A stretch of DNA of 64,000 bases. Origin: Antedon mediterranea (taxonomy: Eukaryota; Animalia; Echinodermata). The notes under the pieces are model-generated. The model made no database searches, had not been told where the DNA came from, and saw only the letters and a list, made by a program, of their open reading frames with translations. This document shows positions 10,858 to 25,071 of this stretch, piece after piece. The stretch is taken from the NCBI RefSeq assembly GCF_964355755.1, contig NC_092678.1, forward strand, positions 22,833,365 through 22,897,364. The letters run 5' to 3'. The position numbers and the translations under genes were made by a program. Positions within the stretch are counted from its first letter, which is position 1, and the number at the start of each line of letters is the position of its first letter.

Positions 10858-13596
10858 AAATGTATCTTCGTAAGAATAGAAGAAAATAAGAAGATGCAGC
10901 TTTAACTAATAAATGTATTAAACCTATAATCAAAAAATTTAAAAGACAAAGTAAATGCGCTTTAAACATAGGTTTATTAGTTTCTATATACCAACTTAGA
11001 TAGTTAAACTCTTCTATTTCTAATGTTTTGTGATTCTCTTCATCTCTTAAAACAAATGTTGGAATTATTGATGTAGGCCTACAGTAAACATTTCCGACGT
11101 CATTTCTATTGATAGATATCAGGTCACTTTTGATTATTATATTATTTTTATAACATTCACTTAGCATGTCATTAACAATAATACCTGTTAAATTACAATT
11201 ATTCATAGAAAGACATCTTAAGTTTGGAAATATAATCAATATATTAGCTAGTGTACTTCCATTGATCGATGATAGGTCAATCCCATCCAAAAAAAGATTA
11301 TTCCATCTAAATCTGTAACGACTAGGTGATATTAAAATATCGTTTAATTGTTTAGATGACATATTATAATTACCCCAAGTTTGGCTTCGATGGCAATGCC
11401 GTGCCTCTGTTAAATTGATAATGTTTCCAAGTAATTCGGTATCAATATCTGAAAGATCATTTCCTTGTAACTTGATAATATTTTTTTTGGACTTTAGATA
11501 GTTTATATCTACTTTATTAAACATGTCAACTATTTGTTTGCTTGATAAGTCAGAATGCACACTGAAATCTTTTAAATCTTTAGAAGTGTTTAATATACGA
11601 CCTAATAAAGACCCATTTATAAACGCTGGTGAGTAGATCATTAGCTTAAAAGTCTTCAATTCAACCAAAGCTTTACTATGTTCACATTCTTCTAACATTG
11701 TGTTAATATGTGAACCAACTATATTATAACCCATATGATGTATGTCCAGATGTTTTAGATTATGGAAGTTTTGAATTAGTTTGCAAATCTGTGAGTCAAT
11801 AGTAGTATTATATTTGAAGTCATCAATGGACCACTGAAATGTATATACTTCATCACCAAAACGGTATTTTTTCCATTCTTCTGAGAGGATTTTAAGAGCT
11901 TTATCACCCCATTTATGAAGTAATCGTATCATACACCTACTGTTTCGACTTGGATACAGATATCGTAATAAGATTTCAACGTGTGCTACTAACCTACATA
12001 CATTATCAGGTGACTCAATGTTTGATTCTTCTATGATTGATATCATAGTTTCAGATATTTCTCTTTCTCCCTTGTTTGTAATGTCATCTGCAAACAATTT
12101 CATTTGTTGGAATAAGTGCAAACCGCGGTAATTTGTGTTTAAAGAAAATCTGAAATTTTCAACATCTATTTTCATTTCAGATGACATGTGTTTATCCAAT
12201 GATTTCAATACCTTTTCTTCGTGCTCGTTATTTACACGTTTAAAATAATCTAAAAAAGAATAATAATTTGATAGCCTATTTACCAACCAGTGTTTCATTA
12301 ATTTGTCTGCATTAGGACCCAGAAAACTGATAGTGAAAACTGTTATCATTTGTAAATACCCGCTCGTCCTTAACTTCTCGTATTCCAAAGATGTTAAAGT
12401 CTCCATTTTGTTAGACAAGTAAAACCCGGCCAGAGCTTCTGACAATAACTTATGTGGACATCTGTATGTTTCCACAAATTCATCCTGAACAGTAGGGTCA
12501 TCTTTGTAAACAAATCCTAATTTCAACGATAAATCAACTAAAGTTTCATTTCTTACTAGTTCAAGTAATTGTATTTTAGAAAAATGAAGTTTATTTCTTT
12601 GTAAACCAATGTAACTTATTTTTCCTAATATTATAATTGCATTTTTATAGTCAGTGGAAATTTTGTCAAAGTTTGATATCCGTTTTTGCTTATTACTTCT
12701 GTTAATGTACTGATTTAAAATGGAACGGAAGATTTCTTTCAAAAAATGTTGAAAATCTTTTGGAATTATTTGTTCGTGTTGCCATATAACACACATTTTA
12801 AGTAATAAAAATGGGGATGAAAACAGTTCAAATACATTTTTGTGATCACCACCCCAATTATTTTTCACTGAATCAAGTTTGAATTCGTTAATCAATAACT
12901 GGCCCAGATTAGAGTTGTTTACAAAATTGAAATATCTATTTATATATGGTTTTATGTTTTCTGTGCAGAATCCGTCTACTTTTACATATACATCAAAATG
13001 TTTATATAAGCTTTCAGTAAAACCCGGCCGTGAAGTCAGAATAACTGTACTGTCTTCCAATTCTTCTCTTTTTAATATCAGTGGAATGTCTACCCCATAT
13101 GTTAACTCATCTAATCCATCTATCAGAAGAACTAAATCGTTGTCGTATTTCTCAATAAAAGTTCTTATAATAGTTTTATTTACATACATATCAGATTCTT
13201 TACGAAATGTCTTCAGCTTAACTGAATCAACGATAATATCTATGATTGTTCGACCTTTCTTGATGTCTCTTACGTTAACAAGAAATAATATTTTACCAGC
13301 AAACGTATCATCGGAATTGGTCGCCCACTTATAAGATAAATATTGAAGCAAGGTTGTCTTACCAATTCCACCATTTCCTACCATTAATACTTTACAGGAG
13401 TCTTTAGACTTTATAATATCCAATAATTCTTGTAATGATGCGTCGACTTTTCTTTTTTCTATATTCAGTACTGGATCTGTGAACATCTGTGAAATGTCAT
13501 ACTCTTGATCTTCTCTCCATGTAGGTGGTCTTATATTTGGGTCTTGGAATTTTTTTCTCTGTTTTGCTGTTATGAAGTTTCTTATAATATGCTCAT
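10724..13596 (-). CDS. NLR-1 NACHT-LRR exon with hydrophobic C-terminus
   Basis: 920-aa ORF extended to the tttcag acceptor at 13598-13597; intact P-loop motifs; LxxLxLxxNxL-type repeats. Confidence 0.92.
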
Positions 13597-15668
13597 CTGA
13601 AATGAAGGCATTTAGTAATTCAATTCAACTTATAAAAAGTATAATAGACACAAAAGACGATTTTTCCGGAATTTAAATCTGGCAAACAGTCTACAATGAA
13701 CCTATAAAATACAATTTCAAAAAGTTCTGTCTGTATTAATAAATGTTATTACCTTTTGTTAATGTGGGGTGTGAAAATGTGTATGCGAGTATGACAGCTA
13801 AGATGACGACAATGAATGCAATGGCCATCGGCACTGTAACAAAGAAAAATGTTGAAGTTTAGGCCTTATATTTCTTTACTTTATTTATAAAGTTACAAGT
13901 ACATGATGTACACATGAATTGTAAACTAAAAGACGCCTTCTATTTCTTATCTATCTTGTTATTTTCCATTCATTATAAAACACATTTTGGCAGGTTGTTA
14001 ATTGCTTACCGGTACGTGTAGTTTTAGATTTAGATTTCCGGTTACCCAGAGTTGACACTGTATGGTGAAATAAAATTACAATGTGTAATCAATTCAAGAA
14101 GCACTAATAACGGAACGTCATTTACCCAAAACCACTCACTACTGTACCAATCATTACTATACTATTCTTATTACTTATTTATAAAAGGGAGCGTTCGCAT
14201 CCGTCGGGACGGTAATTAACAAAGCGTGACGATTACTTCGAGAAAACCTGACGCCCTCTTCTTCTCATCCTCCTAACGTAGTCATTAGACCCTGTAAACG
14301 TGGGCTTGGTGGGTGTATTTCAAAAAATTCTTCGAAGTCTGTAATTTTAGTTAAATAATACTGTGTACTTCGGCTAAAGATGTATCGTCCCCCACAATCA
14401 TGAAAATATATAGGCCTATATAATATATATATAATAATAATATATAAAATCAGACTTTGAATAGGTAATTTTGCAGTTTTAATTAAGTTATTCACTTACA
14501 TAGAAGAAAAATTATGCTTTCACTTATAAAAAGGTAAAATATTAATATACAGTCAAATTAAAAAAACAAAAAACCATTTTGACACACTTCTTTTGCTGTA
14601 AGTTACAGTTTTTTTCAGGGAAATAATTTTTGGTCAAAGTGAATAACTATTATGTAACATTAAAATGGCATATTCAATAACAAAAATTATTTTTTTTAGA
14701 AGACAATATATCTTTGATAATACCTACATAATCCTCAATTATTTATGTATTAATATTTTGTACTACAAAACATCGCATTTTAACCCCTTTCTGAATAGTT
14801 GTTCTGTCACTGGCTACTCTGATACATACCTGCCATTGTTGTTGCTGAAGCCGGTATCAATGTAGACTGATAGGGTTTAGCTGTAATTAAGGTGTAATAT
14901 GCACAAAAGAAATAAGATAAAAGTTTAAACTTCACCAAATTGTTACTAAAATTGAAATATACAGTATTATTTTTATTAATATCTTTGTTATTTTGAAATT
15001 ATATTCAAATAAATGGCATGGTCTTTGATATAATTTAGTTTTCGCATTTAGTTTTACTCCATGGTTGTCAGAGGAAATACTCTCAAGACATCATTTGCAT
15101 GATTTCTAAAACAAATTTAATGAGAAAATACAAAAGAAGCTCTCTATCGAGATGTGGTAGGCATACCTAGTAGAATATGCTGTGCCACATTGTTTAGTAG
15201 TTTTGCAAATGTTTCAATTTCTTGTTGTGAATTTAGTTTTCCGTCTTTCTCAATGTGATATACAACATCCCAAATGTTGTCGTAGTTGAAGGCACGCAGT
15301 TTGTAGAAATCAATCACATTCCTTAGGTCGTTTTTGTCTACGTTAGTAAGCGTTGTAAACAGTGCTCTGCGGTAGTTGGTTATTATTGTCCCTGGTGTGT
15401 TATTACTGCATTTAACAGTATTCTTGTATTCTGTTGTACAATTTGTCGCTGATTTCTGATTAGTTACTTCAGCAATGTCCAACAACAACCTCACATCAGT
15501 TTTTGAGATAAATCGATAGCAATTAAGAGTATTAAATAGGCCCATGGCTGACTGATCTAGACCGCCAATAGGTATAATACCACATAGAAGCATTCTTAAC
15601 TTCCGAACTTCAGTGCCAGCATAGTGTTTGCTAAGGTTTTGTAGAAACATTTGGTATTTATCGTCCAT
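10724..15668 (-). CDS. NLR-1: tDED(B)-linker-basic-TM-NACHT-LRR-C-terminal TMs, 1184 aa; exons 15668-15167, 14880-14830, 14057-14010, 13833-13753, 13596-10724
   Basis: All junctions are GT..AG and phase 1; exon sum 3555 nt = 1185 codons; Walker A GNGGIGKT, Walker B LLIDGLDE, sensor-1 LTSRP, WH motif PHKLLSEALAGFYL, RI-like LRRs. Confidence 0.8.
13753..13833 (-). CDS. NLR-1 transmembrane micro-exon (VPMAIAFIVVILAVILAYTFSHPTLTK)
   Basis: 81 nt; ttttctttgttacag acceptor and GTAATA donor; phase 1-1; ~20 uninterrupted apolar residues. Confidence 0.8.
15167..15668 (-). CDS. Tandem DED exon, type B (NLR-1 first coding exon)
   Basis: Acceptor ttttttcag at 15677-15676, ATG at 15668, GTATGC donor; paralogs at 36540-37044 and 53629-54139. 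Confidence 0.85.
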
Positions 15669-16045
15669 TTTGAATCTGAAAAAAAAATTATTAGTAAAAA
15701 AAATATGACTAAAAAATGACCATATAGGTCTAATTACGAAAGCAAGAACCATGAATAATCATCTAAGACAAGCTAAAACATTTAAACATAAGAAACTTTA
15801 ATTTTAAAATGATAATTTTATATTACTTAATGATTAATAATAATACGATTAATACAATTGTAGGCCTGGTTTCCCCTAACAGTACACAGTATACGCCTAT
15901 ATTTCTATGCACAATGCATTATTAGTCCAAAATCTGAAACACAGCCTAAAGAATCTATACAGGCACATTTATTAAACTAAATTATTACTATATATTTAGT
16001 ATAATGTAAAGTTAATATTAATTAAAAGTTTATACAGATGCTCAC

Positions 16046-16250
16046 GGTATGTTTTATCCCGTATGTTTTTCTGAAATAATATGAGACCGTCCACCTTTGC
16101 GTTGTTCGTAACTCTGATGGCATTTACCCAGTGTCATAAATCGAAAATAAAACAATATAGTCAATGGTGCATAAAATACGAATAAGCGCATAACAGAAAT
16201 TCAGTTATAATCGTGTTTACTTTATTGACATTTTCGATAAACCAATTCAT
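16046..16250 (-). promoter_or_regulatory. First-exon/promoter module P2 (copies at ~26305-26460, ~38294-38490, ~58398-58560; upstream part also at ~665-1015)
   Basis: GTGAG/GTAAG donor followed upstream by a conserved block ending ..GATGCATAAAATATGAGCA.CAGCGTCAT; precedes type-B tDED exons in NLR-1, NLR-3 and the 57945 remnant. Confidence 0.45.
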
Positions 16251-17707
16251 TTAAAATCTAAAAGGCCGTTGTATAAAAAGAATTTGAATATTACTTGTAA
16301 ATTAATATTAACTTCTAAATCGAATACACATTTGTTGTAGTTTCTCTTTGTGGAATTAACCGTTTTAGTTTGTAGTATTCCTAAATTGATCATCATAATA
16401 ATAATAATATTTGCAACATTTTATATATAAATTTCTATATTTCCCACCACTTCTTAATTTGAATAGAAAAAAATAAAATAGATTTAAAACTACTCCTGAA
16501 CATTTTAGCAGTGTCGCTGAAAAAAACCCTGTTATTTACACCAACTGTGAACTACTCTATAATGTATATGTATTTACTATTTATTTATCTCAATTTATTC
16601 AATAACGCTAAACTGTTCTTTCCCCAAATGTAAACTTGATGACATTATTTTGCTGTATATTAATTACATAACAATTATAGAATCTTCATTTCAAACTCTA
16701 GTTATATCATCTCAATAACAGAATAAATAATTGAAAATAAAATTCGATATTTTGTTGCTTAGTTTTCTGTACACATTATGCTCACAGTGAATCATTTCAT
16801 TTAAGAAAGTTGGAATTTCTTATTATAAAATAGTATCACGAATTTTCATTTACAACATTGCATTTTAATTATACACATTTTTAATATAATATATACTTCG
16901 CCTTATCACCGATGTTTCCCAGTGTTCTGTAGGCCTAATTAAATTTAAATCTGACCGAGTTGTAGCAGTCTTTATTTTGAGCGGAAGGAGTACGGCACAC
17001 TTTTCCAGTGTGTGTTGTGAATAAATGACCAACATTGTATTTACCAAATTGTACAAGTTAATACAATTTTAAATCAATAAATATCTGAAATAGTAATTTG
17101 AGAATTTAATTTTGGAAAATGTTAAATACTACACAATTTATATCCAAATTTCATTCGTAATGTGAGTTGGCTGCCACCTATATTGCTGTGTTCACGCTTG
17201 AGTAAGCTCATTTGCATTTTCTCTTCAACAGATGTATTTTATGTTTATGGCGTTCCAGCCCACGTGTCTGAGATGTGTTTACTATTGCTATTGTTTTGTA
17301 CAGACGAAATCTAGGCCCGACCTTTGTCAAGCCAGGAAGTACTCAATCACACGGTAAGCGGCGCATTTGTTTATTTTTCTTGTTGATGTATAACTCCTAG
17401 GCCTAGACACATTTTATCGTTTAGCTTTTAGTGACTGTAGTGAGTACAGAAGTAAAGTATCAATAGGCCTACTTAAGAGATGTAAAGACACAAAAACGAC
17501 TACAAACAGAAATAGAGAAAAAAACAATTAGTTTAATAAAATATCGTAAACATAAACATCTATAAATAAGCCATTGGGCATAAACGATAATAATAAATCT
17601 AAATGTACATGGAGTTACTCCCTGGTAATATTAATCATGGAGAAATAAGTTATCTCTTTATGTATTAATCAAGTTAACTTAGGCCAGGGAGTTGTAAATT
17701 AATTATT

Positions 17708-20616
17708 TTATAACTCTCTGCTTAGGCCTAGAAGAACTGTAAACAATATACACAAACATTTAATAAATAAACTAAGACTAATCAAATAAATGAAATGATA
17801 AAATCGAATGTATCCTCGGTTATGTAATACATATAAAAGAAGATAATAACATGTTATCAGACTTAAGAACGCTATTTTGTGATTATATATAGAACTTTCT
17901 AAAAACAAGTTCAGTCGATGTTTATTTCGTTTTTGTATTATACAACTGTGATAAGGCCTAAGGTCCAATGACTGTCCTTTCAATGTTATACTACTGTTTG
18001 TTCGTGTGATAACCATTGATTTGAATAATAATTTATCATGAATATCATACAAGTAATTTCCATCAAGAGATATTAAATCAACTTTAATTCCCTTTCCAGA
18101 ATATCTTTTTAGCAAGTCTATAACATTATAATTTACTAATTTACAGTAATTCATAGAAAGGCGTTTTAAGTTTGGGAATTTAATAAATATATTAGCTAGT
18201 GTACTTCCGTTGATTGATGATAGGTCGACAAAATCTAAATTAAGAAATTTCCATTTAAATCTGTAACGCTTAGGTGATATTAACAGATCGTGTAATTGTT
18301 GGGCGGATAAAGAATGAAGAAACCAAGAAAATCCATAAAGTGTATCATTTACATCAGATATAATTAATGAATTGATAAGATTCGCAAGTAAATTACTATC
18401 AAGATTTGAAAGATCATTGTTCTCTAAATTGATAAAATTCTCTTTTGACTCTAAATAGCTTATATCTACTTCATTCAGCATATCAACTATTTCGGCGCTT
18501 GATAAAGAGCAATTACTTAAATCAAACATTTCTAAGTCTTTATAAACATTTAAAAAATGACCTAATAAAGCTCCGTTGATGTTTGACAAATTATTGTTCC
18601 CAAGAAGAAACCACCGCAAGTTAACAAATGTTTTACTGTGTTTACATTCTGTTAGCATTGAGTTAATAAGTGAACTGTGTGATGCACCCTTTGAGTCTCT
18701 CGAAAAACGTATCAATAGTAGGCTTAGGTTTGGAAAGTTTTGAAATAATTTGCACATGCGTGAGCCAGTATGGCGCCTATATAAAAAGCGTGAATCATCT
18801 TCAATAAACATAAAAGAACGTATTTCTTTGCCTACATTATATTTCTTCCATTCAAAAGAGAGAATCTCAAGGGCCTCATCACCATGTTTTTCAATTAGTT
18901 TAATCAAATATCCATCCCGATTATATTGGGTTAGGTCTGCTTGTATGGTATCAGCATTATATAATTGTAATATTATTGAATAGTGAGCTATAATGCTACA
19001 CATACATTCACAATGTTTATTATACTCCATCATACTTGACGATATCATTCTTGTTATGTTATTACTATCTTTTCTAAGTCTATTACGAAATATATTTAGT
19101 AATTCTATTAAATGCAAATTGTCGTTGCAAACAAATTTTCTAAATGAATCCCTTAAATCGTTAACGTCCATTTTCATTTGTGGAGAGATTTGTTTATCCA
19201 GTAATGTTAATACTTTTTTTTGGTATTTTGGATTTACATATGTGAAATATTTGGAAAAGGAATAATAATTAGAGGCCCTATTTACCAACCAGTGTTTCAT
19301 GAGTTTGTCTGCATTGGGACCTAGAAAACTAATAGTGAAAACTGTTACTATTGGTAAAAGTGGGTGAAGCCTTATTATCTCGCATTCTAATGGATCTAAA
19401 GTCTCAATTTTATTAGACAAGTAATATCCAGCGAGTGCCTCTGACAATAACCTATGTGGACTTCGGTAAGTCTCCAAAAAACTATCCTGAACAGTAGAAG
19501 TATCTTTGTAAACAAATCCTAATTTTAGTGCTAAGTCAACTAAAGTTTCATTTTTAACTAGAGTGTTTACTTCAGTTTTAGTAAAATGAAGTAAAATTCG
19601 TTTTAAACCAATGTAACTAATTTCTCCTAATATTATAATTGCGTTTTTATAATCTGTGGGAATGTTGTCAAAGTCTGTTATTGCCTTTGTAGTAGGTTCA
19701 TCCCTTCTATTAATGTACTGATTTAAAATCGTGCGGAAAATTTCTTTAAACAAATGTTCAAGATTTTTGGGAATCATTTGCTGGTGTTCCCACACAACAC
19801 ACATTTTAAGTAAAAGGAAAGGAGATGAAAATAGTTCAAATATGTATTTATGATTACCGCCCCAACTAGTTACATCATCTGAATCAAGATTAAATTCACT
19901 AATCAATAACTGACCCATTTTAGACTGTCCAATAGATTTGAAATACCTCTTGATATATGGTTTTATGTTCTTTATGTCAAATCCTTCTACTTTTACACGT
20001 ATGTCATAATATTTATGTAAACTTTCAGTAAAACCCGGTCGTGAAGTAAGAATAACTGTACTCTCTTCCAGTTCTTTACTTTTTAAGATCATTGGAATAT
20101 CAACTCCAGAATTTAACTCATCTAATCCATCTATCAGAAAAACTAATTCTCTGTCGTGATCCTCTATAAACATTTTTATAATTGTTTTATTAATATGGAG
20201 ACCTGTTTTTTTACGAAAACGTTTTAGGTCAACTTCATCAACTGTTGTATCTGTGATTGTTTGTCCTTCTTTGATGTCTCTGAGGTTTACGAAAAATAAT
20301 ATTTTATCAGCAAACGTAGTATCAGAATTTGTCGCCCAGTTATAAGATATATATTTAAGTAATGTTGTCTTACCAATTCCCCCATTTCCAGTAATCAATA
20401 CCTTACATGAGTCTCTGAACTTTATAATATCCAATAATTCTAGTAAAGATGTGTGCTTTTGTTCTCCATTTGGTGTACTGCTGATATATAGTTCTGGATC
20501 GGTAAAGATTTGTGAAATATTATGATAGTTATCTTCTCTGAACGTTGGTGGTCTTATAAATGGATCTTTGAATGTTTTTCTCTGTTCTCCTGATAAGAAA
20601 TTTCGAATAAGCTCAT
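17708..20616 (-). CDS. NLR-2 NACHT-LRR exon
   Basis: 982-aa ORF; true exon start at the tttcag acceptor 20618-20617. Confidence 0.92.
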
Positions 20617-22606
20617 CTGAAATAAATGAAAAGCAAGTATAAACCATTAATAACATTGAAGATTTTTTTAAAATTTGAAACAGTAAATTTCTAATGACCG
20701 TTAGGTAGCGTCTATTAAAAAAAAATTATTATAATAATAATTATAATATTATAATAATTACCTTCTGTTAATATGTGATCTGAAAATTTGTTCGCAAAAA
20801 CGTGGAATAAGTATGAGAGTATGACGGCTAAGATGACAACACTAAATGCAAAGACCATCGCTAAAGCTAAAAACAAATTTAAGGTATATTTCAGGATTGC
20901 TGAAGAGCATGCACGGTTTAAGTTTATTTGATGATTACTTTTTCTTTTTTTTTTATTATTATTAGTTATAGGAAAGAAAAAATATATTAAACGAGGCTTT
21001 TGAATACATTGCATAACATCTGTTACATTGCAAATTCATTAATACACATTTACGATATTCTTTATGCTTACCGATACGTGTAGTTGGTTTACATTTATAT
21101 TTCCGGTTACATGTAGGTAAGAAATAAAATTACAATACGTAATAAAATTCAAATACAAATGACGTCATTAATTCATGACGTCATTTACACAAAGAACGTC
21201 ATTTACTCATAACCAATACAGTACTATTATTTTGGTGTCTGTTGTGACACCATAGATCATTCTCTGTGACCAGTTGTTTCCAAGATGATGAAGTGGTTAT
21301 GAAAAAATACCGCCAATGATTTATTTTAAAGGTTTGTGCCACCTACAGGTCAATATCATCATTAAATTATACGATAATTACTGGTACACGTAGGTCATGT
21401 TGTATTGTTAATCATACATCTATCACAAAAAATGTAATTATGTAATTATTTAAGATTCCTAATATGACAGTAAGGCTACGCACCAAAAACACTTGTTGGT
21501 TGTTCCTGTGTTCCTCTCTCTCTCACCTGCACTTGTTCCTGTCGTTCTGAAGTATAAGTGTTTTTGTTTAAACTTTGCAAACAATCCCCATGAGGTATTG
21601 ACATGTACGGTAAGTAAAAGGTAAGACCATCACATAAGTAAGGGCCTATACAACAGGTCTATCTATCTATGAAAGTTCAATCAAAAATAAATATACAATA
21701 ATAATTCATATATTTGTACTAAATTACTCAAAATGTAAGAAGAGTGGTGCACATTACAGCAATGTTTCCATTCGTGCATTTTGTATGTTTATCTATATAG
21801 GCCTTTAAGCGTGACTTAAACTGCCTGCGCGGTACTTAGGCTTTCTGTTCTTTTACGTGGAATTAGATAATATTATAGCTGTGATTCCTAAATTTGACAA
21901 GTTAAGGTAGAAATAAAATTAATAGCAAATAACTGATAAAGTGAAACTATTTACATTTTTTATTTAGCATTATGGGAGATTATATTTTTAGAACATCATT
22001 TATTTTGTGGATCTATTTTTAGAGATAAAGAATAAAATACATACCATTGTTAAGTAAAATATCTTTTCCATTTTTATTGAGACAACTTGCAAACCTTTGT
22101 ATTTTCTCTGGTTCATTTTCGAGCCGTTTGTCAATTTCCAGATGAAGCACTACATCCCAAATATTGGTGTAGCCAAAGTCGCCTATTCCATAAAAGGCAA
22201 CAATTCCTCGCAATCCACCTCGATTGATCCAGTAGGGAAGAGGGTAACTGTTGACCTGTTTCATTGCTTTATACAGTCGCTTACGATAAGACGACAACTT
22301 TGGTCCATCCACTGCTTCCTGAACCCCATTGTCATTCATGTACTTTCTAACAAGATCTTTAGCCTTCTTCACTCCAAATAGTTTCGTAATCTCTAATAAT
22401 AAGTTAATACTAGTAGGTGTGATGCAACCCTTTTCTTCAAGTTCATTGAATAAATTGTGGGCTATAAAATGTGGATTTGTAATGTCACACAGATCTAGGT
22501 GATCAGACAAGATGCATCTTAACCGAAGGTAATTGTTCCCGTTAAAGCATGTACTTAGTTCTGCTTTCAAAATATTAAACCTTTCTTCCATTGTAGAATC
22601 TGCCAT
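17708..22606 (-). CDS. NLR-2: tDED(C)-linker-(basic)-TM-NACHT-LRR-2 C-terminal TMs, ~1212 aa; exons 22606-22045, 21546-21484, [21110-21072, acceptor mutated], 20866-20762, 20616-17708
   Basis: Phase-1 GT/AG junctions; exon lengths 562, 63, (39), 105, 2909; intact GNGGIGKT, FLIDGLDE, LTSRP; C-terminal IAFLSLITCYYLLLYVL and FIYLISLSLFIKCLCILFTVLLGL. Confidence 0.78.
20762..20866 (-). CDS. NLR-2 transmembrane micro-exon (LAMVFAFSVVILAVILSYLFHVFANKFSDHILTE)
   Basis: 105 nt, phase 1-1; homologous to 13753-13833 (shared VVILAVIL.Y). Confidence 0.8.
22045..22606 (-). CDS. Tandem DED exon, type C (NLR-2)
   Basis: LFNELEEKGCITPTSINLL and SSYRKRL...WDVVLHLE fit two DED units; GTATGT donor; paralog at 50162-50716. 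Confidence 0.85.
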
Positions 22607-24317
22607 TTAAAGTTTTGTATTCTTGGATTTATGAGTGTAAGTAATATTTCATACTATCTTATAATAGCAACATCAACAACACTATTAGAGAAAAAAAACA
22701 AAGCATCATTAGATTATCTTTTCCTTAAATCAAGATAAAAATACAGGTAGACCACCTTTTTTACAAAATGTCCTCGTTTGTTTTCAACTATATCCAATAT
22801 CCTTGTAAGATATGGGAAACAACATCCTTATGAATGATTTACTTCGTTCATGACGACACATACCTGTATATATTCAGGAATCAAGTTTTAACTTTTTACT
22901 CCAGTTTACCTTTGGAATCGTGACGTTAGTGCAATTCAGAATTTATAGGATCAATTTTTAATGTATACTTTACCTGTTTTTTTATGATAGACAATGATGA
23001 ATAGTCGTATTAAAAAATCTGTTAACAAAGACTAGTTTCCAAAATGGTTGCTGTACACTGAACGGTAACACCTCAGGGTTGATTTTCAAGCCTCAGTTTC
23101 TCTACTTATTATTCTGTGCTACAACGTCGATATTTAATGGTCTTCTCCTGGTTTTGTCAAAAATTCCAAAGTCCCTTTGAATTATTTAACCTGTGTATGC
23201 CCTATATTAACGCACTTGTCGAGCTAAATAATGTGTGTAAGAGAAGTCTATCGACAACAAGTACGTTGTTGGATTGGAAAAGCATGAAACGCATATAGAG
23301 TATTATATATATATTATTCAGTAATTATTCTATGTCACTGAAGCGTATTTAAACGGGTCCACTTCAACGAACGTTTTGTAACCACTAACAAGCATGAATA
23401 GATGTTGTTGTGAATATTAACTATACATTGTGTTTGATAACAACAATTAAATAGAACGTGTATTGATAATGATGAAGGGGATGAAGCTTGAAGAAAGGGT
23501 TATGTGAAATAAGCACATTTAAAAGGAGATTTCAAACGTCAATTTAGATACCCATCTTTATCTTTCTTATTAAAAAAAATAGACATAGAATCAATCATGA
23601 CATGTTATCACTTGATTAAAAAAAAGAAAATAAAGGGAATACATTAAACATTCTTTGGCGTTCCATAGATACACTTTTGTGATACTTGTAGATAAAAGAA
23701 GGTAAAATGGGGTTTAAATTACAGTGGCTGATTTATACTATAGTCTTGAATTTTGATTGCACCTTAATCGAATTTCGATCACGTCGACAAAAATTGCAAC
23801 TAATCAACCACTAAATTGTCAAATATTTAAAACTATATCAGACAGGATAAATCGTAACAAAGCTTAAATTTTCACCTATTACAGTACAATATTAATCTAA
23901 ATTATCCACTGCAGTATGATAATGCAAACTGTCTAGCGCCCCCTATATTGTCCTAATTTATGCCACTAGATGGTACGCTCGCTAGGTTGTGCCCACATGG
24001 TTCTGGAATACATAATAATTTCAGTGTTAAAGAACAGGCGATTTCAAATGTACGTACCGCAGGACAATAATACATGTCGTTTACAGGAACAAATAAATAA
24101 TAGACACTGTGATTTATGTACTCAACTAAAATTAGCACCCTGGGAATTACTTCCGAAAGAGAAACTTGTCACAAAATGAGACAAATTGTTTAAGTCAAAT
24201 TTAAACAAACTTAATTTGTGTTTTGTATGTAACATTAGGGTTGAGGGATGGGGAAGAGGATGGGTGCAAAGAAGAACAATTTTTAAATATATTCTTTATC
24301 CATTTAGTAACGAAATA

Positions 24318-24754
24318 ACGTATTCTTTAACGGTATGGTTCGGTAGCGCTACCGAAAATGAAAAGCGTGACCTAAATAGAAAAGTCAAGACCGCATCGCG
24401 TATAATTGGATCTGCACAACTGCCTTTGGAGAACATATTTTCGGATCGTCTTCTGAAAAAGGCAGTGGCTATCAAAGATGATCAATTTCATCCGGCCTCT
24501 AGTATGTTCCAGTTGATGCGCAGCGGTCGGCGATTTCGTTCTATTAAGGCCAATAAGGCACGATTTACAAATAGTTTCTTTCCAGGATCTATTAGAGCCT
24601 TAAATATGATGTAGACACTTTTTTTTGTAATGTTTTTGTTTTTGAGTTCGTGTTGTGTCCGTTGGATATTGTGCTCCGCCAACAGAGCAAACAGAATTTC
24701 TATGTTTTTCCTAAAACAAATGATAATAAATGATACTTGAAACTTGAAACTTGA
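24318..24754 (+). mobile_element. 5'-truncated Rex1/Babar-like LINE 3' end
   Basis: Encodes TYSLTVWFGS...TASRIIG...HPASSMFQLMRSGRRFRSIK..RFTNSFFP, typical of the post-RT tail; AATAAA plus (CTTGAAA)3 tail; absent from the empty paralogous site at ~28190; short AAATA duplication. Confidence 0.8.
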
Positions 24755-25071
24755 AAATATTAATTGTTTTCATGTTTTACAAATAATATACCACTATACA
24801 CAGTAAAACATTGCGATTTAATACTTTGTTGAAACTATCACCGTCGATTGAAATAGTAGGCCTATAGTACATGTAACGATACATCACTACGACGTGTATA
24901 ATATGTTGTTCTGCGTTTAGGGCATGTGATGTACCGTAGGCCCATCCTCTACTGGTTTTACAACGCTACTCATGCCAGTGAGGGAAGGGTGATGATGTGG
25001 GTGGTTTAACTGCAATAATAAAGATGTGTACATAATATACGGCGAGTGAAAGCGCTAGCTCATTATCTGTT

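Noticed and set aside
12879-13334. Plus-strand ORFs overlapping NLR exons (also 18750, 18993, 22097, 31873, 35318, 42459, 43512, 63260)
   Set aside because: Antisense shadows of real coding exons; no recognisable motifs
16318-16332. ISRE-like AGTTTCTCTTTG upstream of NLR-1
   Set aside because: Imperfect match, not clearly conserved in the other P2 copies, and expected by chance in AT-rich DNA
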